Positions 1 through 12,000 of a stretch of 26,241 nt of DNA are shown one piece after another. The stretch spans positions 1 to 26,241 of IMG/VR virus record IMGVR_UViG_3300010354_000548. One strand, written 5' to 3'. Each line of letters opens with the position of its first letter. Positions within the stretch are counted from its first letter, which is position 1. The translations under genes and the position numbers were made by a program. Under the pieces are notes generated by a model. It was not told where the DNA came from. It saw only the letters and a program-made list of their open reading frames with translations, and searched no databases. This DNA comes from a virus. Its lineage: Duplodnaviria > Caudoviricetes.

Positions 1-3000
1 ATAAAAACTTCGAGAATTCAAGGAAGCACTAATAGATACAATAACGGAGTTACAAATAATGCTACGTCCAATGGAGTTATTACATTTACAGTTCCTGCTA
101 ATGCTCCAGATGTATTGTTTTATGTAAGTGAAAATGACGTAAATGCTGGTGGCGTTTTTCAAATTTTAGATGTTGAGGAAAATTCTTTCCTAGATTTGGA
201 TAAAGACATTTTAGGTAAAAAGACATATACTATGACTAATGGTATAGATATGTCTAATGGCATGAAATTAAAGTTTATAGGAAGAGTAACTCCTGAAATT
301 TATGCTAATGGATACTGGTATGTTGAAGGCGTAGGAACAGAAATTAAATTAATACCTGAATCAGAATTAGAAATAGTTAGTTCGTACTCAGATTCAAAAG
401 AATTATTATTCGACGATATTGGCTTCGATAACGAACCATTTAGTTCAGCAAGTTCTTTTGCAGGAAAAAAAGATTACATTACTATAAGCAGAGGCTCAGC
501 AGATAGAAATGCATGGTCAAGATATAATCGTTGGTTTCATAAAGATATAATTGAATCTGCTGCTCAAGCAGAAAATCAAATACCGGTGTTCGATCAATCG
601 TTAAGAGCTAATAGACCAATTATTGAATTTAAGAATAATATTAAACTTTTCAATTTTGGACACAAAGCAAAAGCCACTGTTGATTTAATAGATAATTTTA
701 CTAAAGACGTCTTTTCAACTATCGAAGGCAGTCTAGGATATAATATAGACGGCGTTGATTTAGTTAATGGAATGCGAGTTCTGTTTACTGCTGATCCAGA
801 TAGACTAGTAAAAGATAAAATTTTTAAAGTAAATTTTATAAATGTAGTTGTTCCAGGTAGACAATTTACCTTTAATGCAAGTACACAAGTTGATGTAGAC
901 AACAACATTATTAGCGTTAGTTCTCCGCATAATTTATCTTCAAGCGATCAACTTGTTTATTTAAACAATGGAAATGACAGTATCACAGGACTTATAAACA
1001 GAAAAATCTATTATGTCTATGTAATTGATACTTTACGATTCCAATTATTTAATGATAGGTTGTTAACAGTTCCTGTAGAAATTTTTGAAACAGGAAGTGA
1101 AATTCATAAATTTGAAGTTTATAATAAATTAAGAAGACAAATTAATTTAGTAGAAGAACCAGATACTGATCCAATTCTTAACGAAACAGTTTTAATTAAA
1201 TCTGGAGTTACCAATGGCGGATACATGTATTGGTATAATGGCAATGATTGGAAATATGCACAACAAAAAACTAATATAGGACAGCCGCCGTTATTTGATC
1301 TGTTTGACGAAAATGAAGTAAGTTATTCAGATTCGACAGTGTACGATAGTAGTACTTTCCAAGGTAATAAAGTTTTCAGTTACAAAGTTGGAACAGGTCC
1401 AGTTGATCCTAATTTAAATTTTCCATTAACTTATAAAAATATAAACAATGTTGGAGATATTGTATTTGAGTTTAATTTATTAAACGACTCTTTTAATTAT
1501 AAAGTTGACATACAAGTTAAATCAAAAAATACTGATGTAGCTTATCTAAGACAGATAGAAAACCTCACTACATATTCATACGCTAACGGATGGACTAAAA
1601 CGTTAGTTACAAATTTACAACCTGTAGTCAGAATTTTTAAAAATTCTGGATTAATAAACGATTTTCCTATAGATGTTTATGATGATACTAATAATCTAAA
1701 TGATCTCGAAGTAAGAGTGTACATTGATGGTATTCGTTTAAGTAAAGATAAATTTTCTATTCAATCTAACGTAGTAAGAAAATTCGTCAGATTAGTTAAT
1801 GATGTTACTACATCAAACGTGGTTACTTTAAAATGTTTTTCTTCACAGAAGAAGAATGAAAAAGGACATTATGATGTTCCGTTAAACTTGCAAAACAATC
1901 CGTTAAACGATAACGTAAACGAATTTACATTAGGCGAAGTCATTGATCACGTTGGTTCTATAGTTGAGAACTTAAATCAGTTTTCAGGCGAGTATCCAGG
2001 AGAGAGCAATCTAAGAGATTTAGGAAATATCTCAGGATATGGCACAAGATTTTTACAGCATTCAGGCCCTTTAAACTTAGCATTATATCATCTTGGACAA
2101 AAGAATTTTAATATTTTTAAAGCTTTAGAAAAAGCTAGAGACGATTACGGTAAATTTAAAAGAAGTTTCTTAGTAGCAGCATCTAATACAGGAATAGAAA
2201 CGGAAGCTAGATTACACGTTGATTATGTATTAGAAAAGATGAGCAAAGATCAAGCAAGTAATAAACCATATTATCTTTCAGATATGTTTGCTTATACTGT
2301 AGCTAATAGATTAGAATATATTATTGAGGATCCACGGTTAAAAATTTATCCAATGTCAAATATTTTTAACCTAACTTCTTTATCAAATAAAGCTGTATAT
2401 TTGTATATTAATGGAGAGCAACTAGTATATGGTAGAGATTATGAATTTGGTGATGATGTCTTTATAACTATAATCAGAGATCTTTACGAAAACGATGTAT
2501 TAGAAATAATCGAATATGAAAGTACTGACGGATCTTTCTGTCCTGCAACCCCAACTAAGCTAGGGTTATATCCAAAATTTGAACCTAAAAAGTTTATTGA
2601 TGATTCTTATCTAGAACCAAAAGAAGTTATACAAGGTCACGATGGTAGTATAACACTAGCATACGGCGATTACCGTGACGATATGTTATTGGAATTAGAA
2701 AAAAGAATTTTTAATAATATTAAGTCTTCTTACGACACTGACATTTTTAATATCTATGAGTTTATTCCTGGTCATAGCAGAAATACAATCTATTCTAAAG
2801 AAGAATTTGACGTAGTATTAAGTAGATTTTTTTATCAGTGGACGCTGTTAATTAATGAGGATTATACTCAACAAACGTATTGGGACAGATTAAATCCATT
2901 TACTTTTAATTATAGAGGAAATTTTACTCCTGACGGAAGAGATATTCCAGCATTTTGGAGAGGAGTATATAATTGGTTATTAGATACAGATAGACCTCAT

Positions 3001-6000
3001 ACACATCCTTGGGAATGTTTAGGATTTTCAGTAGAACCTGCTTGGTGGACAGAAATATACGGTCCAGCTCCTTACACATCTGATAATAGAGTGCTATGGG
3101 ACGACATAAAGCAAGGAATAATTAGAGAACCTGGTAAACCAATTAGAATTAATGAGTTATTTGTAAAATCAGCTTTGCAATATGGAACACCAGTGGATGA
3201 TCAAGGTAATTTATTAGACCCTGTTAATGCCAACTTCGCACAAGGTCCTTTGAATCCAACACCTGAAGGTTATTATGTGTTTGGAGATCAAGGCCCTGTT
3301 GAAGCAGCTTGGAGAAAATCTAGTTTTTATCCTTTTAGTTTAATTCAAGCACTGTTATTATTACAACCTAACAAAGTGCTAGCATCGTGTTATGATGTAT
3401 CGAGAACTAAACGAAACTTTAACAATCAATTAATATATTCTGAAACAGGATTAAGAATAAGATTAAAAGATTTAGTACTTCCTAGTACGATTGCTCAGAA
3501 TAATAGAATCTATGCTGCTGGCTTAGTCAATTATATAGTTGATTATATTAGTAGTGATTTGTTGTCGTTGATAGATGAGTACAAAAATGATTTACAACGA
3601 TTAACTAATAAAATTGGTTCTAAATTAGGATCATTTACTAGTAAGACTAAATTAAAATTATTATTAGATAGTAAATCTCCAACCAGCACCGGCGGAGTTT
3701 TTATTCCAGAAGAAAATTATAATATTTTTCTTAATACCTCAAGCCCAATCAAGAAAGTTGTTTATAGTGGAGTTATAATTACAAAGTATCCAGACGGATA
3801 CGAAATTAGAGGGTACGATTTAGATAATCCTTTCTTTACATACTACCCATATAGAAAAACTGGATCTACTATTAAGGTTGGCGGTATAAGCGAAAGTTTT
3901 GCTGACTGGACTGCAAATAAAACATATGTGGCAGGAAAAATAGTTCTATATAACGGAGTTTATTATAGAGTAAAAACTACACACGAAACTTCAGATACGT
4001 TTGACAGTCAACTGTATACTAAATTACCACGACTTCCAGAAATTGGAGGAGTTGAAATCTTATTAAGAGATTTGTGGGACTACTCGTCTCCGATAACATT
4101 AGCATATGGTACTAAATTACAAACAATTCAGGACGTAGCAGATTTTATTCAAGGCTACGGCGAATATTTAGAGCAATTAGGATTTGTTTTCGAAGAGTTT
4201 AATAATATATTACAAACAATAACTAATTGGAAAACTTCTTTACAAGAGTTCGCATTTTGGACTACGCAAAACTGGAAAGAAGGTTCAGTATTGGCATTAA
4301 GCCCGTGCGCTCAAACATTAACTTTTAAATCTAATCTTGAAGTTGTTAATGATATTAAAGATCCATTTTACGGTTATAAAATTTATAGAGTTGATGGCAA
4401 ATTACTAGATTCATCGAACTTGCAAGTATACAGAAATAAAAATGAATTTTATTTAGATGTAAAAAATACCTCGCAGGGAATATACGGAGCAGTTTTATAT
4501 ACAATACAAAAAGAACATGCTCTTATAATAGATAACTCGACTTTATTCAACGATGTAATTTATGATTTAGCTCCAGGATACCGCCAAGAAAGAATTAAAG
4601 TTTTAGGTTACGTAGCTTCAGAATGGTCTGGTGGATTTGACATACCAGGATTCATCTATGACGAAGCAAAAATTAATGATTGGCAAATTTGGACAGATTA
4701 TAAATTAGGCGATATTGTAAAATTTAAAGAGTTTTATTATAGCGCCAAAAAATTTATTTTAGGTTCTGAGCAATTTAATTTTGAAGATTGGCATAGATTA
4801 GATGAGAAACCCGAGAGTCAGTTACTGTCTAACTGGGATTATAAAGCAGATCAGTTTAGAGATTTTTATGATTTAGATACTGATAACTTTGATGCCGAAC
4901 AACAAAGACTGGCACAGCATTTAATTGGTTATCAAAATAGACAGTACTTAGAAAACATCATTAAAGATGATGTCAGTCAATATAAATTCTATCAAGGAAT
5001 GATTGTCGAAAAAGGTAGTTTGAATGTACTTAACAAATTATTTGATACATTAAGTGCAGATGATCAAGAAAGTTTAGAATTTAATGAAGAATGGGCGTTA
5101 AGAGTAGGCGAGTTTGGTGCTTCAAATGCGTTTGAAGAAGTTGAATTTAAGTTAGATGAAAATTTATTTAGATTATCGCCTCAACCTTTTGAATTGACTA
5201 ATGATATTAATCCATCTGTAGTTGATTATGTTATAAGACAGAAATCTACTGATGTTTATATTAAACCAGTCGGATACAATAATAATCCATGGCCACTTAG
5301 CAATGTACGACAGTTCTTAAGATCAGCAGGATTTGTAAGATACAATGATGTAAAAGTAGCTATAGATACGTTAGATGAAATTTTACAACAAGATATATCA
5401 AATTTCATTGAAGGCGATTACATATGGTGTGCATTTGACACAGTTAAAAATAATTACTGGAATGTATACAGATTAACGAATGCAAATATAAATGTTGAAA
5501 GTGTTAAGTTTGGAGAAGCAGACTTTACAGTAATTTGCGAAAGAATTCCTGATATCCAAGTAGGGCAATATATTGGTATAGATCAGAATGAAAAAATTAA
5601 TGGATTTTATAAAGTTAAGAGTATTCAAGGAAGATCACTTACTGTCGATAAAGATTTAACTGGCATTGATTTAAAAACAGAAGATAGCAGTGTGCCAGTA
5701 ATATATAAATTCACAACTAGTAAAATAGAAGATATTAACTTTGCAAACGATTCTCTTCCTCCTATTATTAAATCTGGAGAATTAATTTGGGCTAATAATA
5801 TTGGTCAGGGATTAAGAGGAGTTTATGAAAATAATAAAGTTTATAACAGAATATCTTTTGAAACTCCTGATCCTAAATTAAATCTTAAGTTCGGCTTAAA
5901 AGTTTCGTCAACTAAAGATGGATCGTTGTGCGCAGTAACAACTGCAAATAATCAAGTTATAATTTTTAGTAAAGCAGTTAGTGATGCTAAATGGACACAG

Positions 6001-9000
6001 ACATTTGTCATCGATCCAATAAAATACATTTTTCCAGATGATATCGACGGTGGCGAAGCATTTAGAGCAGCCCAAGGATTCGGATACGAAACTGCATTCA
6101 CTCCAGACGGTGAATGGTTAGCGATTGCAGCACCTTTAGCTAGTCGAGTTCGTTCAGGATGGCAAGGTGATTTTGTCGAAGGACAATCGTATGATTTCGG
6201 AGATGCTGTAAGAGTACGTAGCACACATTGGTATGCGAAAAGAAATATTTTAGGCGATAGTGCTGTTAATTTTAAAGACGACACTCCTGGACCAAATTTT
6301 GGATCAAGAAATTATGATGAATTTAGATTCAGACAAGACTGGACTCCTGCCTATCTAATTAATACCGATGCTACTAAATCGCCTAGCGCATTAACAGAAC
6401 AAGGTTATGTTGCTCTATACAAAAAAGTAGGACAAGGAGAGTTTACTCTTGTTCATAGTTTTGTAAGCCCAGAGCCAACAAATAATGAAAGATTTGGAAG
6501 CAAATTGTCTTTCGCAAAACAAGGTAATGATTATGTTTTAGCTGTTAGTAGCCCAGGGTACAGAGGCCGTGGTCGAGTATACATGTATCGATATGGAGAA
6601 ACAGAAACAGATAGTACTGTAAGTTTTTGGAAAATGGATTACAATAGATTTTATGCCGGTGCATTTAGTTCATTTAATCAATATTATCCAGGAGACATAG
6701 TACTAAATCCTGCTAACTATCAGCTATATAGATGTTTAGCATTTCAAGATCCAACACCAATAGAAACTAATCCTAGTGCATGGCAGATCATAACATCAGC
6801 AACGTCGATCTTAGGATTCTTCCCTCAAATAGTAAATGATGACATTGAAATAGATAATAATGTTACGTTTGATTCTAGTTATAGATTGCCTCCTCCATTA
6901 AGAAACGATGCAGTAGAAATTGTATTCCCAGGAGATGAATTCGGCTATGATGTACGATTAAGTGCAGAAGGCGGAGATACTCTTGTAATTTCTGCTCCAG
7001 CATCTGATGATTTTAATTACGGAAATTTCAAAGGTAAATTTAAAAAGACAATCATTTATAGTAAAGGTGACGTAGTCTATCATAGAGGAGGTTTCTGGAG
7101 ATATGCAGTAGATTCAGATACTGATCCTAATGAAGACGAATTTGTCGAAAGCGAATGGGAAATTTTAAATGTAACCTATGAAGATTCTTCATATGGATAT
7201 CAAGGCGAATTTAAATTAGATGGAAGATATTATCCAGGTGATGTTGTATATGTAAAAGATAACATAACCGGCAAAGCAACATTATATCAAAGCATTGGAA
7301 ACTTTATCGGTGATGGTAGTTCAGGCACAGAGTTAGACAAATCTCATGAATGGAGAAAACTATTTCCTAGAACAACAAATACAGGAAAAGTATTTGTTTA
7401 TAAATTTGATGGATCTGCGTATTCATTGTCGCAAACTTTAGGAGCCAATCAAGCATTAGGTATTAACACAGAAGAACGATTCGGAGAATCTGTAGCTGTA
7501 AGCGATGACTCCTCTGTGATAGCAGTTGGAAGTGTTCTTACAGATAGAATTACCGCCGATCAAGGAAAAGTTGTTATTTTTAAACAAGAAGCAAATGTTT
7601 ATTTTAAACAACAAGACTTGTACAGTCAACGAGGTGAACCAAGAGAAAAATTTGGTAGTTATGTAGATTTCATGAATAATGGTGAAACCTTAGCAGTGTT
7701 TTCTGCTAATGGCGATATCGAAAATGTTACAATATTTGATAAATCTAGAACTACATTTGATAATGGGTTTTTAAGAATAGTCGATCTGCAAGTTGACACT
7801 GGAAGAATTGACATCTACGACAGGTATGATGTTAATTATGTTTATGGTGAAAGTTTATCTACACCGTATTTAGATGAAGATTTACAAGTTAATGATTTAT
7901 CAGACAAGTATGGTTATAGTATTTCAGTTTCGAATAATAATATTTTAGTATCAGCTCCATTAGAAGATGGTACAGTTACTAATATTGGAAAAATTTACAG
8001 TTATATTAAAGGTACAGGAAAACTATCTTGGACACAAAAGTATAAAGAAAGTAAAACACCAGATGCTAATAAAATTAAAAAGTCTTATCTTTATAATAGA
8101 AAAACAAATACATTAGTATCTTACTTAGATGTAGTAGATTCCATTAGAGGAAAAATACCAGGGCCTGCTGATCAAGAAATAAAATATAAAACTTATTATG
8201 ATCCTGCAATATATTCAGTTGCATCTGAAAATTTAAATGTCAACGAAGGATCAAAATGGGATGAAAAATATGTAGGTATGCTTTGGTGGGATCTAACTAG
8301 AGCAAAGTTTGTAGAAAATAGTGTAGGGGATGTGACATATCGTTCTGTAAACTGGAATAAACTTTATAAAACTGCTAGCATTGATATCTATGAATGGGTA
8401 TCATCTAAATATCTTCCTTCTCAATGGGACGAGTTAACTGGAACAGAAGAAGGTTTCGCACAAGGTATAAGTGGTACAACTCGATACGGAGATCAGAGTT
8501 ATAGTGTTAAAAAACGTTTCGACACAATTACAAAAACTTTTGTATCTACTTACTATTATTGGGTAAAGAATCCTACATTAATACCTAATGTAGTAGGTAG
8601 ATCGATGTCAGCTAATGACGTTTCACAGATGATTTCAGATCCTGTCGGATATGGATATCCTTGTTTAGCTCTTACTGGAACGAATAGTTTCAGTTTATCA
8701 AATGTTAAAAACTTCTTAGAAGAAGATAGAATAGTTCTAAACGTACAATATTGGACCATAGATGATTTAACAAAAAATTCTCATAGTCAATGGAAAATTA
8801 TTAGTGAAAAATCGAACACTATTATTCCTAGAGAAATTGAAAGTAAATGGCTAGATAGTTTAGTAGGAAAAGATTATCAAAATCGTATTTTGCCAGACAG
8901 GAAACTTCCTTTTAAATTGAAGTATGGTATTGAATCTAGACCTAGACAAAGTATGTTTTCTAATCGTGTAGAAGCATTGAAAGAGTTTATAGAAAAAACA

Positions 9001-12000
9001 AATTCAATTTTATCACAATTAGTAATTGTAGACATTGCAGATTTAACTGACTTGTTATCTAACGATCCAGAGCCAAGTGTGATTTCTGGCGTTTATGATA
9101 AGATTGTTGATGTTGATGCAGAATTAAGATTAATTGGAACCTCAAGATTAAAAAATGCTGTAATTACTCTTGAAATAACTAATGGAAAAATAACAGGCGC
9201 AGAAATAGTCAACCCTGGTAATGGATATGTAAACGCACCGTATGTTAATATAGTTGGCAAAGGCAAAGATGCAATTGTTAAAACAGTAATTTCCAACGGT
9301 AAAGTAGTAGGTGTTAAGATTATTGATCCAGGATACGGTTACAATACTGATACTTTTGCAGTTATTAGACCTTATGCTGTATTAATAAGAAGCGACAGTC
9401 TTTCGTTAAACAAGTGGGCTGTGGTAAATTGGAATGATACTAAGAAAGAATGGTTAAGAGTCAAGACTCAGTCTTATGACGTAACTAATTTTTGGGAATA
9501 TATTGACTGGTATGATGTTGGATATAATCAATACACGCCCATTGATTTTGTAGTAGAAAATACATATCAATTAGGATTTTTAGAATCGCCTATTGGGTCA
9601 ATTGTAAAAGTAAAAAATATAGGATCCGGTGGATGGGTATTGTTAGAAAAATACGATAACCTTGTAACAATTGATTATACAAAGAATTACAAAGTTATTG
9701 CGAGACAAAATGGAACAATAAAATTTAAATCCTCTTTATATAATTTTACTAATACAACTTTTGGCTATGATGCCGATTTATATGATTCTTTATTCTACGA
9801 TAATGTTGCAGAAAAAGAATTAAAAATTATTATTGATACTATAAAGAATAAGATATTTGTCGAAGATTTAAGAATACATTATATTAAATTATTCTTTACT
9901 AGTTTACGATATGTATTTAAAGAACAATTTTTTGTTGATTGGGCTATAAAAACAAGTTTTGTAAATGCAAATCATAAAGCAGGATATTTACAACAAAAGG
10001 TTTCTTACAATAGTGATAGTTTGCAAGACTTTGAAGAATATATTAAAGAAGTTAAACCTTATAGAACAAAGATACGAGAGTATGTAAGTTCTTACACTGC
10101 TATAGACAATTCTCAAACTAGTATTACAGACTTTGATTTATTGCCATCGATTAAAAACAATCTAACGGTTGAACCAGTAAAGGCTAAAATAAACAATAAT
10201 GATGGATCTGTTGAATACTACGATCCAGTATTAGAAACATATCCTTGGAAATTTTGGCTGGATAATGTTGGATTTAACATTCAATCTATAGAAATATCAG
10301 ATCCTGGATCAGGATATATCACAAGGCCAGTAGTTCGTATAAATGGCGGATTCGGCTCAGGCGCAGAAGCAAAGGCATACATTAACAGCGGAAAACTTGC
10401 TAGAATTGATTTGATTTCTAAAGGATCGGGATATCTTAAAGCACCAGAGATTATAATCGATGGTGGGCTTGCAGTTGGAGGAACTGCTGCAAAGGCTGTA
10501 GCAATTATAGAAAATAGTGTAGTTAGATCTAACAAACTAAGCATTAAATTCGATAGAATTACTAGAAATTATTATGTAACAGAAATTGAAGTTACTGAAA
10601 CATTTGTTGGAAATAATTCTAGAAAGCAATGGCCGTTAAAGTATAGCCCAAATTTAACGTATAATAAAACATCAGTTAAAATAAACAATGCAGATGTATT
10701 AAAATTTGACTATACTCTGACATCAAAAAAATCCACAGCAAGGGGGTATACTAGCTATTCAGGATTAATAACTTTTGAAACTGCACCCCAGGCTAATGCT
10801 GAAATAGTTGTTACTTACGAAAAAGACTTTAATCATTTATCGGCTGCTGATAGAATTAATTTCTATTACAATCCTCAGACAGGCCAATTAGGAAAAGATC
10901 TAGCACAATTAATGCAAGGTATTGACTTTGGTGGTGTCAACATAACCGGTTTAGGGTTCAATATTAATGGCGGGTGGGACAGTTTACCTTGGTATTCAGA
11001 TGGATGGGACGGCTTTGATGCTGAATTTGATGACAGAATTATATCTGTAGGCGACAGTACTTATAGTTTCCAAATTGGGTATGTTCCTGAAGTAGGACAA
11101 GAAATTAACATTTATCTTAATGGAAAACGTCTTGATGATCCGTATTTTGATCTATATGATGGAATAACAGTTCAAGCGAATGGAAGAAAAGTAGCACCAG
11201 TAGGAACTGTAATGCAAACTTGGGTTGGTAATGGAATTGATGATACAATTCTTCTTCCAGACAGCGCAGGATTAGATATTAAAGCCGGCGATAAAATTAT
11301 ATTTAGAAAAAATACAAGCGACGGTTCATATCCAGGAGATTTGAATGAATTAGATACACAGTTATCTGGAGGAAATCTAGCTTACACTACTGCTACGGGA
11401 TTCGCACCAGATGATATTCTGTTAGACGGAGAAGGATTTGTTACTCCTGCTCAAAGTCATGCTCCAGAAGAAATAGTTCCAGGACATATAAGTGATGCAG
11501 TTGCTATTAAAATGTTTAGACTACCTAAATCTGGAAGTAGTACAATATCTTTTAACAATTATGTGGCAGACGGAGTCACAAATACCTACAGTTATGGACA
11601 GATAGCAAATAGTCCATCTGCTATTATTGTAAAATATAATAATTTAGTACTAAAGCAATCAGTCGGATATACTGTAAATTATAATGATAGAACTATAAGT
11701 TTAATAGACTCTTTTGGCAATTCTTTAATTCCTGTACAAGGAGCTCTTGTAAGTGTAGCGTCGTTTGGATTTGGTTCTAATAGTATTTTAGATATTGGCA
11801 CTACAGTATCAGATGGAAGTACGTTAGAAATTCTAACAAATGCTCCGTGGCCTCGTTTACAGAATGATGTGTTAGATACTGATGCGCTTAATCGATTAGG
11901 GTCAGTAGTCATTGTTGACGGTATATATGTAAATTATGAACTTTTTGAAACAGATGAAACATATGAAAGCCCCCATAGAGTCGGTATACGATTAGCTGAT

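Noticed and set aside
115-117. TTG start assigned to the giant ORF
   Set aside because: The frame is open from base 1, there is no RBS and the codon falls mid-motif; the true start is upstream of the window.
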